Notes: generated by a model not told the origin, from the letters alone. A stretch of DNA of 64,000 nucleotides from Alphaproteobacteria bacterium (GCA_965261735.1 OZ253470.1:576001-640000); one strand, 5' to 3'; counted from the stretch's first letter, positions 1-9,462 are shown. Program-made: numbers and translations.

Positions 1-112
1 CGAAGCACGCGAGCCGGATGACACCACGAGGCACTGAAATCCCGGCTAGATGCGTCGACGCTACCCAGCCCCCTTACAACGGGCGAGCCACGAGGCCACC
101 ATCAGCACCTTG

Positions 113-1000
113 CTAGTTTGGACCTCGCATCATGCAAATGAAATGTCCCGATGGAACGTTCAAAAGCCCGAAGTCAAGGTGATTGTAGTACCACTCAAGC
201 CTTAGCTTCTTTGGCACCGGATGTTCCGTGAAGAGCGTCTCCACGTACTTCGCGTCACTGAGTTTTGGATCGATCTCTCGAATCAGCCCTATCTGGCGCA
301 TCGCATTCATCGTCAACACTGTCGGCGTGCCTGCCGTGGTAATTCCTAACCCCCCATATCCATCGAGCAAGACCGCACCGGGGGACGCTTCCTCCGCCCT
401 GTATTCATCGTGGAATGACCACAGCCTCTCGCGTTCGGGCGCCATTGCGTCATCAACTGACCAGTCGAAGACCGAATGGTCGAACAGGCCTAAAATTTCG
501 AATGTCTCACGCGTTACAGACGCGAACAGGACCTCATCCGTTCGAGCCATCAATCCGCTAACCTCTTTGTGAAGACCGAGATGAAAGTGATGGCGCCCCA
601 GAGCATTGAGCAAAAAGTCCTTGTCTTCCCACGTCCTGGAATCAGCTACCTCAGGATCCGCCGCCAAGACATAACCGTGACGATGCGCTTTGGTCGAAAG
701 GTACGGATTCAGGTCGGCGCCAGCCTCCACCGCTCGAATGAACGCCTCGATGTTCAGTTTCACGGCGGTGGCACGGCAATCGGCCTGAAGAGCAGACTGC
801 CCAGTCACTCTTCGAGGCCGAATGGCCACTTGGCGCAATTTCCAGCACATGTAGATCCTGAGCAACTCGGAATTGCCCTTTGACTGAAGAGCAGCGAGAG
901 ATGCTCTGTCGTTCGGAATTCGAGGGATGTCCCGAATGAGGCAATTTCGGAACTTCTGAAAACGCTTCGAGTTGCTCAGCGTTGAATCAACGTCTGCCAT
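113..1000 (-). CDS. Hypothetical protein (295 aa, HHFHLG motif)
   Basis: Long ORF with normal amino-acid composition in lower-GC DNA; GGGAGA RBS-like sequence upstream. Confidence 0.75.
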   Translation of the reverse strand: MADVDSTLSNSKRFQKFRNCLIRDIPRIPNDRASLAALQSKGNSELLRIYMCWKLRQVAIRPRRVTGQSALQADCRATAVKLNIEAFIRAVEAGADLNPYLSTKAHRHGYVLAADPEVADSRTWEDKDFLLNALGRHHFHLGLHKEVSGLMARTDEVLFASVTRETFEILGLFDHSVFDWSVDDAMAPERERLWSFHDEYRAEEASPGAVLLDGYGGLGITTAGTPTVLTMNAMRQIGLIREIDPKLSDAKYVETLFTEHPVPKKLRLEWYYNHLDFGLLNVPSGHFICMMRGPN

Positions 1001-1139
1001 AGGTTCTCCCGCCTCGTCTACGCTCTACAGCGATAGGCCGACTCCTCCGCCGGATTGGCCAATGCCTACGGGACTGCCATTTCGAATCCAAATCCGTCTC
1101 ACTCGCCCTGCTGCGCAGCCGGCCCGGCGTCGGCTGCGT

Positions 1140-1532
1140 TCACCCCCGCCGCGCCAGCCAGTACCACGCGATCCACACCGGCACGCTGAGCACCACCGCA
1201 TAGACCGCGATTGCGACCGGACCGAGCAGCCCGGCCACCAGCGACGCCGCCGCCGTCACCGCACCCAGTCCGATCCCCGCCATCCACGCGCCGCGGCGGT
1301 ATCCCAGCCGCCACAGCCTCCCGCATCCGAGGGCGAGCGGCAGCCCGCACGGCGCTACCGGCACCAACGAGCCCACCATCATCGGCACCGCCGCGAGCCA
1401 CATCGCGGGCTCCGCCGCCGGCCCGCCGTCCGCCCCGAATCGGAAGACCGTCGTCGCGACCACCCCGGCCGGCAGCCACAGCAGCGCCAGGGTCCAGAAC
1501 CGCCACCGTCTCGTCGATTCCCGTGCCGCCAT
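1140..1532 (-). CDS. Small multi-pass membrane protein
   Basis: 130 aa with about 4 hydrophobic segments; GAGG upstream of the ATG. Confidence 0.65.
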   Translation of the reverse strand: MAARESTRRWRFWTLALLWLPAGVVATTVFRFGADGGPAAEPAMWLAAVPMMVGSLVPVAPCGLPLALGCGRLWRLGYRRGAWMAGIGLGAVTAAASLVAGLLGPVAIAVYAVVLSVPVWIAWYWLARRG

Positions 1533-1694
1533 GCCTCACCCGCGCCGCAACAGAGCTGCGCCTGAATCCTACCGGGGGACACCGGCGCCTGACGACTCCC
1601 GTCCGAGAGGTCGAGCGGAGCGTCCGCGGGCGCGCGGTCCGGGGCGATGGAGAGCCTCCGGGCCGCTCCCCCCGCTGCCGAGGATGGACAAGTC

Positions 1695-2402
1695 ATGCCA
1701 ACCGATACCCCGCTTGCCCCCGCCGTCTGCTCCGAGACCGCCGCACCCTATGCGGCCTGCGCCGGAGCGCCGCCGCCGTCCGCCGAAACGCTGCTCACGC
1801 GCATCGAACGCGCGGGACCCGCCGCGCTCGACGACCACGAGCTCCTCAGGCTCGTCGGCATCCACATCGACGCCGCGACCCTCGCCGCCGCGGGCGGCCT
1901 GCGCGAGCTGCTCGACGATCCGGACGACATGCTGCGCCTGTTCCTCCTGCCTGCCGAGGACCGCGCGCGCGTGCGTGCCGTCCTTGAGCTGCACGCCCGA
2001 TGGTTGGAAGCGCGGCTTCGCCGGGACGGCGCTCTCACCTCGCCGGACCTGACCCGGCGCTACCTCGAATCCCGCCTTCACGGGCGGCGCAACGAGGTCT
2101 TCGTCGCGGTCTTCCTCGACTCCCACCACCGGCCCATCGCCTACGAGGAAATCTTCAATGGAACGGTGGACGGCGCCACCGTCCATCCGCGCGTCGTGGT
2201 GCGCAGGGCGCTGATGCACAACGCCGCCGCCCTCGTGGTCGCACACGGACATCCGTCGGGCGTTGCCGAGCCAAGTGTCGCCGACCGCGCCATCACCAAG
2301 CGGCTCGCCGAAGCACTCGCGCTCGTCGACGTGCGCCTCATCGACCACTTCGTCGTCGGCGACGGGGAATCCGTCTCCTTCGCCGAAAGAGGACTTCTCT
2401 GA
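1695..2402 (+). CDS. radC: RadC-like JAB domain protein
   Basis: E-VFVAVFLD, VHPRVV, HGHPSG..PSVAD and LIDHFVVG motifs. Start moved to ATG 1695, which follows AGGATGGA. Confidence 0.92.
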   Translation: MPTDTPLAPAVCSETAAPYAACAGAPPPSAETLLTRIERAGPAALDDHELLRLVGIHIDAATLAAAGGLRELLDDPDDMLRLFLLPAEDRARVRAVLELHARWLEARLRRDGALTSPDLTRRYLESRLHGRRNEVFVAVFLDSHHRPIAYEEIFNGTVDGATVHPRVVVRRALMHNAAALVVAHGHPSGVAEPSVADRAITKRLAEALALVDVRLIDHFVVGDGESVSFAERGLL

Positions 2403-2578
2403 CCGCCCCGATACGCCGTCCGCCCCCCGCGCCCATCGCATTCGCTCCGCCGCCGGCCCGTCGACTTCTCCCGCTCCCGGCACCCTCCGCCATCCCGGTG
2501 TTCGAGGACAGCCGGACGAGGGCGAAAGCCGCGACCCGAGAGAGGGGCGGGGCGCCATCGTCACCGGGGAAACACGAC

Positions 2579-3106
2579 ATGAAGACTCTCATCTATGCCG
2601 GCATCGGATCGCGCGCCACGCCCGAATCCATTCTCGCAGACATGACGAAGATGGCCACTTGGCTCGCGCGCACCGGCTGGCATCTCGCGAGCGGCGGCGC
2701 ACACGGGGCCGACACTGCGTTTGCCGGGGGCGCGCCGGCCGGCCAGCGGACCCTCTACCTGCCGTGGCCGGGCTATAACGGGCATGCGGGGCCGGAATGC
2801 CACGCGCTGTCCCGGTCCGCGCTCTCGGGCAGCATGGAGATTGCCGCGCGCCTGCATCCCGCCTGGCACCGCTGCTCACCCGCCGCCCGGAAGCTTCACG
2901 CTCGGAACGCAGCCATCCTCCTCTCGTCTGAGCTGGACCGTCCCGTCGATGCGGTAGTGGCATGGACGCGCGATTCCGCTGTCACGGGAGGCACCGGGAT
3001 GGGGCTGCGCATCGCGGTGGAGCACGGGATTCCGGTGATGAACCTCGGCGCCATGTCTCCCCGCGAAGCCTGCGAGCGACTGCTGGCCATCCGCCGGTCT
3101 TCCTGA
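2579..3106 (+). CDS. SLOG-superfamily (DprA/Smf-like) protein
   Basis: YAGIGSRATP, SGGAHGADTAF, HARN and GGTG motifs; starts at MKTLIY inside the longer listed ORF. Confidence 0.75.
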   Translation: MKTLIYAGIGSRATPESILADMTKMATWLARTGWHLASGGAHGADTAFAGGAPAGQRTLYLPWPGYNGHAGPECHALSRSALSGSMEIAARLHPAWHRCSPAARKLHARNAAILLSSELDRPVDAVVAWTRDSAVTGGTGMGLRIAVEHGIPVMNLGAMSPREACERLLAIRRSS

Positions 3107-3228
3107 CCCTCCGTCTCCGTTCTTCGAGCCAGAGCGCTGCTGCGCGCCGGGCGAACGCCCGGCAGGGAAGAGGGAGAAGGGCTCCCGTCCCGATGCCGGA
3201 CGCGGCAACCGGCAGAGGAGACTGTCCC

Positions 3229-3360
3229 ATGTTCGATTTCGACGTTGAAGTGCATTCCGGCTCGGACTTGCTCGCACAACTCGGCCTCGATGGCCGTGCC
3301 ATCCGCACCATCCTCGAAGAACCGGCTCCCTTCGACCCCCGGGGCGACGACGGGGAGTAG
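3229..3360 (+). CDS. Small acidic protein (43 aa)
   Basis: GAGGAG RBS shortly before the ATG; MFDFDVEVHSGSDLL...GDDGE. Confidence 0.5.
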   Translation: MFDFDVEVHSGSDLLAQLGLDGRAIRTILEEPAPFDPRGDDGE

Positions 3361-3468
3361 GAGTGAAGCGAGGGGAAGGTGAACGGGAAGGGGCTGGGGA
3401 GAGTGACCCCCGGCCCCCGACCGCTTCGCAACCCATCGTCATCATCCAGACCATGAAGGAGATATCCC

Positions 3469-3939
3469 ATGGCGTTCGGACTCAATCGCGTGGAACTCAT
3501 CGGCCGCCTCGGCGCCGACGTCACCGTCAACCACCTCGCCTCCGGCGGGCGCGTGGCGAACCTGTCGGTCGCGACCGACGAGTCCTACCTCAACAAGCAG
3601 ACCGGCGAGCGGGTCGACAAGACCGAGTGGCACCGCATCGTCACCTTCCAGGACGGGCTCATCACGATGTTCGAGAAGCATGCCCGGAAGGGCCGGCTGG
3701 TCTACATCGACGGCAAGCTCCAGACGCGCCGCTGGTCGAAGCCCGACGAGGACGGCGACCGGTTCTCGACCGAGATCCTGCTCGTCCCCGGCGGACGCGT
3801 CCAGTTCCTCGACCGGCCCAACGGCGCGAACGGCAACGGCGCCGCGATGGCGGACGGCCAGGAGCCCGCGAACGGCTCGGCCATGCCGGCCGGCGGCACC
3901 CCGGCCCCCTCGGACCTGGACGACGATATCCCGTTTTGA
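3469..3939 (+). CDS. ssb: Single-stranded DNA-binding protein
   Basis: LNRVELIGRLG, TEWHRIV, GKLQTRRW motifs and C-terminal DDDIPF; AAGGAG RBS. Confidence 0.97.
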   Translation: MAFGLNRVELIGRLGADVTVNHLASGGRVANLSVATDESYLNKQTGERVDKTEWHRIVTFQDGLITMFEKHARKGRLVYIDGKLQTRRWSKPDEDGDRFSTEILLVPGGRVQFLDRPNGANGNGAAMADGQEPANGSAMPAGGTPAPSDLDDDIPF

Positions 3940-3973
3940 GTCGGGCCTCTCCGCTTCTCCTCCCTCCCAACTC

Positions 3974-4007
3974 GGGGACCGGCGCTTCGGCGTCGGTCCC
4001 CTTTTTT
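3974..4007 (+). terminator. Intrinsic terminator after ssb
   Basis: GGGGACCGGCGC-TTCG-GCGTCGGTCCCC followed by T6. Confidence 0.85.
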
Positions 4008-4124
4008 GTCCGCCGCTTCGAGCACGGCCTCGCGTCGCTCGTCCGTCTCCACGCCCGCCGGCCCCGCCGCCGGAGTCCGAGCCGCGCGCCGATACGGACG
4101 CCCGTATCGGACAGGAGAGAGAGC

Positions 4125-4694
4125 ATGCCGCGCGACACCGACAGCATCTTCGCCCACGGGGCCCTCATCGTCCCCGACGTCATCACCCCCGCGGAGGAGG
4201 CACGCATCCTCCTTCGCATCGCCGAGGCGCCCTGGCTCGCCGAGCTCCGCCGCCGCGTGCAGCACTACGGCTTTCGCTACGACTACGCCGCCGGCGGCTC
4301 GCGGGTTCCGGCGCCGGCTTTCCCGCGGTGGACCGCGGCCATGGCCGAGCGCGTTCGCGCCCACTTCGGCGGCACGCTCCCGGTGCAGTGCATCGTGAAC
4401 GAATACCGCCCGGGCCAGGGCATCGGGATGCACGCCGACCACCGCGACTTCGGCCCCGCAGTCGCCTCCCTTTCGCTCGGCGCCTCGTGGCCGATGCGCT
4501 TCCGCCGCCGCGACACGCGACCCTACGCGCGCGACGGCCTGCCCGGCGACGAGGTCGCGCTGCTCCCCCGCCGCTCGGTCCTCGTCCTCGCCGGTGCCGC
4601 CCGCGATCGCTTCATGCACGGCATCGACCGCGCCGACACCGCGCGCGAGACCGTGACCCGCGTCTCCGCGACCTTCCGCACCCTCGCGCCGTAG
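4125..4694 (+). CDS. AlkB-like 2OG-Fe(II) dioxygenase
   Basis: RRVQHYG, NEYRPGQGIGMHAD (HxD), SLSLG, distal H in FMHGI, RVSATFR; AGGAG RBS. Confidence 0.9.
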   Translation: MPRDTDSIFAHGALIVPDVITPAEEARILLRIAEAPWLAELRRRVQHYGFRYDYAAGGSRVPAPAFPRWTAAMAERVRAHFGGTLPVQCIVNEYRPGQGIGMHADHRDFGPAVASLSLGASWPMRFRRRDTRPYARDGLPGDEVALLPRRSVLVLAGAARDRFMHGIDRADTARETVTRVSATFRTLAP

Positions 4695-4857
4695 CGCTCC
4701 GGAGTCCGCCGCCATTCGGGCCTCGCGGCCGCGCTTCGCGCGCCGCGTCCCCCTCCGGCGCCAGCAGGAGTCGAGTCTGGCCGGTATCGGGGCATCCCAG
4801 TCAAAGCCCGAGGAGTCCCGTCATGCCGAACCCGTGCATTCCCCCAGGAGACGCGCC

Positions 4858-5898
4858 GTGAACGCGTCCGCCATCGCCGCCGCCCTCGGAGAGCGCGCCG
4901 AGGCCGTCTGCCGGCAGTACCTGCCGCACGGCCGGCGCCAGGGCCGCTACTGGGTCGCGGGCGACCTCGACGGCGCCCGCGGGCGCTCGCTCTTCGTCCG
5001 GCTCGCACCGCCCGGTACGCCGGGCAAATGGACGGATGCGGCCGAGGGGCAGCATGGCGACCTGCTCGACATCATCCGCCACCGCGCGGGCGCGCCGACG
5101 CTGCGCGCGGCGCTCGAAGAGGCCCGCGCCTTCCTCGCCCTGCCGGCTGCGCCGGCCGCGGGCGAGGGCGGCTCATACGATGCCACCGAGGCGGCGCGCC
5201 GCCTCTGGCGGCGTTGCCGCGCCATCGACGGCACTCACGCGGAGCGCTATCTCCAGGCGCGGGGTCTCGCGCGCTGCCGCTTCCCAGCGCTGCGCTTCCA
5301 CCCCGAGCTTCGCTACCGCGAAGGCCCGTCCGTGCGCCGCCTGCCGGCGCTGGTCGCCACCGTAACCGGCGACGATGGCTCCGTGCTCGGCGTGCAGCGC
5401 ACCTGGCTCGACCCGCGCTCGCCCGCCAAGGCGGACGTCGCGTCCCCTCGCAAGGCGCTCGGGCGCATCTACGGTCACGCCGTCCGTTTCGGACGCCCCG
5501 CCGACGGCGCTTCGCTCCTCGTCGGCGAGGGCATCGAGACCGTGCTCTCGCTCGTCACCGCCGTGCCGGAGATCGACGCGGCGGCCGCGCTCTCCGCCGG
5601 GAGCCTCGGCGCATTCGCGCCTCCGTCCGGCGTCGCGCGGCTCGTCATCGCGCGCGACAACGACATGGAAGGGGACCAGGCGGCCGAACGCCTCGCCCGG
5701 CGCTGCGCGCGGGCGGGCGTCGCCGCCGCCATCCTTGTCCCGAAGGGCGAGGACTTCAACGACGACCTCCTCGCCCTCGGCGCTCCCGCGCTCGCCGCGC
5801 GCTTCGCGCCGCTCTTCCGCTTCGCGGGAGGAAGAGAGGAGCAGGGCGGAGGGCAGGCCCACAGGGAGAGGGGAGGGAGGCGATGGTCGCCATCGTGA
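4858..5898 (+). CDS. Toprim-domain (primase-like) protein
   Basis: GKWTDAA..HGDLLD, VGEGIET, IARDND and DFNDDL motifs; GTG start after AGGAG. Confidence 0.85.
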   Translation: MNASAIAAALGERAEAVCRQYLPHGRRQGRYWVAGDLDGARGRSLFVRLAPPGTPGKWTDAAEGQHGDLLDIIRHRAGAPTLRAALEEARAFLALPAAPAAGEGGSYDATEAARRLWRRCRAIDGTHAERYLQARGLARCRFPALRFHPELRYREGPSVRRLPALVATVTGDDGSVLGVQRTWLDPRSPAKADVASPRKALGRIYGHAVRFGRPADGASLLVGEGIETVLSLVTAVPEIDAAAALSAGSLGAFAPPSGVARLVIARDNDMEGDQAAERLARRCARAGVAAAILVPKGEDFNDDLLALGAPALAARFAPLFRFAGGREEQGGGQAHRERGGRRWSPS

Positions 5899-6188
5899 AC
5901 CTGAAGCACGAGCCGGACGCCGTCGCGAACGGCGCCGTGCTCATCGACCGCCGAACGAGGTGGGGAAATCCGTTCGTCATAGGACCCGACGGAACAAGGC
6001 CGCAGGTCATCGCGCGCTACCGCGCCGACCTGTGGCGGCGCATCCGCGCGGGCGAGGTCCCGCTCGCCGAGCTCGCGGCCCTCAATTCCAGGCGCTTGGC
6101 TTGTCACTGCCATCCGAAGCCGTGTCACGGGCTGGTGCTCGCCCGCGCTGCGGCTTGGGCCGCCGCCGAGATTGCCTCCGGCCGCTGA
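5883..6188 (+). CDS. DUF4326-like protein
   Basis: IDRRTRWGNPF and LACHCHPKPCHG motifs; GGAGG RBS. Confidence 0.85.
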   Translation: MVAIVNLKHEPDAVANGAVLIDRRTRWGNPFVIGPDGTRPQVIARYRADLWRRIRAGEVPLAELAALNSRRLACHCHPKPCHGLVLARAAAWAAAEIASGR

Positions 6189-6275
6189 CCGCAAAGCGCG
6201 CGGGCAGCGCTCTTTCCCGCGACCGGGTGATGACAGGCCCTTGCACGGCAAGACGACAATCCTAGGAGAACCCCG

Positions 6276-6704
6276 ATGGCCCCCCGCTACATCATCCGCA
6301 CGATCGACGAAGACTGGATAGACGTCTTCGACCCGCCGTCGCGCATCGACGACAAGCGCACGGCCTGGGAAGAGGCGAAGCGCCGCGTCCGCGTTCATCC
6401 GGATTGCAAGACCGTCATCATCGACCGCTACACCGGCGTCACTCTCTGGCAGAGCGACCCCGACATCCCGGCGCGCTACGAGGTCGTCGCCGTCGACGCC
6501 ACCGTCTTCCACGCCCTGGAGACGGACCTTCACCTTCCGGTCGACGTCCTGTCCTCCCACAAGGAGAAGGACGACGCCTGGACCGCGTTCTACGCGGCGG
6601 TCAAGGAACCGACCAAGGACATCATCCTGCTGCGCGACACCACGCCTGCGCAAACCGTCATCGCGTCGTCCGACGAGGACACCTACAACACCGACGCGGC
6701 GTAA
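6276..6704 (+). CDS. Hypothetical acidic protein (142 aa)
   Basis: AGGAG RBS; strong GC3 codon bias. Confidence 0.8.
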   Translation: MAPRYIIRTIDEDWIDVFDPPSRIDDKRTAWEEAKRRVRVHPDCKTVIIDRYTGVTLWQSDPDIPARYEVVAVDATVFHALETDLHLPVDVLSSHKEKDDAWTAFYAAVKEPTKDIILLRDTTPAQTVIASSDEDTYNTDAA

Positions 6705-6766
6705 GCGCGGTGACTTCCGTTCCCCTTCGCAGGCGCGGTCGTCGCAGCAGCAGTCAAAGGGAAGGT

Positions 6767-6881
6767 TGGGCGCGTCGCTTCGCGACCGGGCTACCCTGCC
6801 GAGCCCGCTGCGCGGTCTCGACCCTGCGGGCGGGTATCCCTCGCGCCTCCGCTCGCAAACTCGCTGCGCGCTCCGCTTGCC
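6767..6881. repeat. ~115-bp hairpin-rich direct repeat, copy 1
   Basis: TGGGCGCGTCGCTTCGCGACCGGGCTACCCTG...GCTCCGCTTGCC, nearly identical to 8508-8623. Confidence 0.92.
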
Positions 6882-7242
6882 AAGAAGGCAGGTCCGTCAA
6901 TGGGGGAATGGGTACTCCTCCCGACGTATGCCCATTGTCCCACACGTGCTCACTGCGCCAACCCTGCCTACGGCAGGGTCCTCCACTCCGCTGACGCTCC
7001 GTTCCGGCCGGGACTCGCAAGGCAACGGCGCCAGAGGCGCCTAGACCCGTCGCGGCGCGCGACCGTGGCTCGGTCGCTGCGCTCCCTGCGCCCGCACCAC
7101 TCGCGCACCACGACGGGTCATGCCTTGCGGCCCCGGTGGCTCCGCTGCGCGCGCGTGAATCAATAGACATACGTCGGAAGGCGAACGCCCCGGCGCTCCG
7201 GGCCAGAAGGCTCATCTCTCACTCTCGAATCAGGAGAACATC

Positions 7243-8160
7243 ATGTTCGATATCGACAACACTCAGGCTCAGTCCGTCACCGCCACGGTTTGCGAGAACG
7301 CGCAGCTCTACGGCGCGACCCCCGAGCGCGACGAGTTCGACCCCCGCGAGGTCTGGGACGCAGACGACACGATGGACGCGGTGAGCGAAGCGTTCCGCAT
7401 CATCGCACAGGGCGTCGGGCCCGACGGCACACAGCTCGCAGACGAGCGCGAGAGCCTGCTCTGGGGCTTCGTCAACACCTTCGACGCACAGGTCCGGAGA
7501 CTCGACCGCAGCGTCGATAGGCTCAGCCCCGAGCTGCGCGACCTCCAGCGCGAGCAGGACGGCACCGAAATCAAGTCCCGCGAGCTGGAGCTGGTGACCG
7601 ACCGCGCGCAGAACTTCGGCGACCGGCGCGACGCGTTCGAGAAGATGCGCGACGCAGCCGCCGACGCCTACCGCGCAGAGACCGGCGACACCTGGCGCCC
7701 GCGACGCGGCAGCAACGTCTCGCAGACCGGGAAGCTCACCTCGGCGGCCATCGACGCACGCGACTTCATGCGGGCGAGGAAGGACCGCCAGATGAAGGCC
7801 CACCTGCCCGAGGGCACGCTGGTCGCCATCGCGGGTGGCAAGACCGTCTCCGACCCCGGCGCCGTCTTCGACCGCCTCGACAAGGCGAAGGCGAAGTACG
7901 ACGACATCATCCTCGCGCACGGCGGTGGACCCGGCGTCGAGCGCATCGCCGCGCAGTGGGCAGAACGGAACGGGGTGCACCAGGTGGTGTGCAAGCCGGA
8001 CTGGAACGCACACGGACGGGCCGCTCCGTTCCGGCGCAATGACGAGCTGCTGAACCTCCTGCCGAAGGGCGTCATCGCGTTCCCCGGCTCCGGCATCACC
8101 GAGAACCTCGTCGACAAAGCCCGCCAGCTCGGAATCCCGGTTCAGCGCGTCGCCGCGTAG
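7243..8160 (+). CDS. DUF2493 / YspA-like SLOG domain protein
   Basis: C-terminal VAIAGG, LAHGGGPGVERIAAQWA, APFRRNDELL, AFPGSGIT; N-terminal coiled region; AGGAG RBS. Confidence 0.85.
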   Translation: MFDIDNTQAQSVTATVCENAQLYGATPERDEFDPREVWDADDTMDAVSEAFRIIAQGVGPDGTQLADERESLLWGFVNTFDAQVRRLDRSVDRLSPELRDLQREQDGTEIKSRELELVTDRAQNFGDRRDAFEKMRDAAADAYRAETGDTWRPRRGSNVSQTGKLTSAAIDARDFMRARKDRQMKAHLPEGTLVAIAGGKTVSDPGAVFDRLDKAKAKYDDIILAHGGGPGVERIAAQWAERNGVHQVVCKPDWNAHGRAAPFRRNDELLNLLPKGVIAFPGSGITENLVDKARQLGIPVQRVAA

Positions 8161-8174
8161 CGCGCATCGTCACC

Positions 8175-8214
8175 ACGGGCCGCGTCGCTTCGGCGGCGTG
8201 GCCCGTTTCTTTTT
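8175..8214 (+). terminator. Intrinsic terminator after the DUF2493 gene
   Basis: ACGGGCCGCGTCGC-TTCG-GCGGCGTGGCCCGT followed by TTCTTTTT. Confidence 0.85.
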
Positions 8215-8507
8215 GGTCGGACCCGTCGACGACGCCACCGAACGGCCCGCCTTCGCTTCGCGCGGCGGCTCCGCCGCTCTTCCTCCGCACGACCTCGCGC
8301 ACACGCCGCTTCACCAGCGACAGCGCGAGCGTCTTCACCGTCTCGCCACGCTCTACGACAATGTCCCGCGCGCGCCGATGACGTCGCTGATGTTGGTGGC
8401 GCTGCCGATGCCGATCCCGGTTATTCCGATGCTGACGACGGTGCAGACAGTGAGGCTGATGGCGGTGCCGAGGATGGATACCAGTGCGGTGAGCCATACG
8501 ATGAGTC

Positions 8508-8623
8508 TGGGCGCGTCGCTTCGCGACCGGGCTACCCTGTCGAGCCCGCTGCGCGGTCTCGCCCCTTCGGGCGGGTATCCCTCGCGCCTCCGCTCCCTTC
8601 GGTCGCTGCGCGCTCCGCTTGCC
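8508..8623. repeat. ~115-bp hairpin-rich direct repeat, copy 2
   Basis: Matches 6767-6881 with a few substitutions, some of them in hairpin loops. Confidence 0.92.
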
Positions 8624-9224
8624 CGGCGGCTCGCTTCGCTCACCGCCGCGTGCCGGACCGCGTCGCCAGCGCAGCGTTCGACGAACTCGTTGGGACCACC
8701 GCCGCGTTCTCCTCGCGCCTGCGCTTCGCACAGCGCTCGTCGCAGACCTCGCCTCGCTCGCCCTGGCAGGCTACGCCGGCTGCGGGCATCGCCACGGCTC
8801 GCCCCGGTGCACCCCGTGCGCCGCCGGGTGCCGGCTTCGCCGCGCACCGCTCGCTGCACTCGTGCGGACGCTCCTGCGGAGCGCGCCCGCACTTCGCTCC
8901 GCACCGTGCCGTGCAGTAGTGCCCGCACCAGTGCGAGCACCACCGCCCGGGCCTCCGGCAGCGTGCTGCGCACGACTGCCTGCGGCTCCGTCCGCACCGT
9001 CCGCCACTCAATCGCCGTGACGGCTCCTCTCCGCCGGGTTCCCCGGCGCCGATTTCCCCATCGCTCATACCGCAGATTCGGCCGTCCTGACCGCCCGGGG
9101 CGGCCTTGGGTTCCACACCCGACGCACCTCTGGTGCAGCGCGCGCAGGGCTGCATATGCGCCGCCTCCGGTGCCCATGAGCATGATCTTGCGCACCCTTG
9201 TCGCCGCTTGGCGTGCCGGAAACA

Positions 9225-9397
9225 GAGCTACCAATCTGGTAGCTCCCTGAATCGAGACCCAAGCTGCTGATATTGCGTGGTTTATCGGCGCCGCGACCCA
9301 ATGCGTGTTTGCCGTGTAACACGCCCCGAACACGGAGCTACCAAATTGGTGGCGCTTAGACCTGCGCACAGCTATGACAGCTACCAATCTGGTAGCT
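9225..9397. promoter_or_regulatory. Three palindromic boxes AGCTACCA-N3-TGGTAGCT; candidate oriT / RHH operator region
   Basis: Perfect copies at 9226-9244 and 9379-9397, imperfect copy at 9336-9354; lies directly upstream of the RHH gene. Confidence 0.65.
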
Positions 9398-9462
9398 TTC
9401 AATCTGCCACGATTCGACACCGATTCCGCCCCTAAACGGGCCAGACACTCGAAAAGACGACC

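Noticed and set aside
1075-1095. TTCGAATCC as a tRNA T-loop or att site
   Set aside because: No flanking T-stem, acceptor stem or CCA, and no matching copy at the right end.
3165-5880. Purine/G-rich tracts (about 3165, 3370, 5830) as G-quadruplex signals
   Set aside because: G-runs are irregular and partly explained by RBS sequences; not supportable without computation.
6767-9397. CRISPR array
   Set aside because: Only two long repeats and three irregularly spaced palindromes; no repeat-spacer periodicity and no cas genes.
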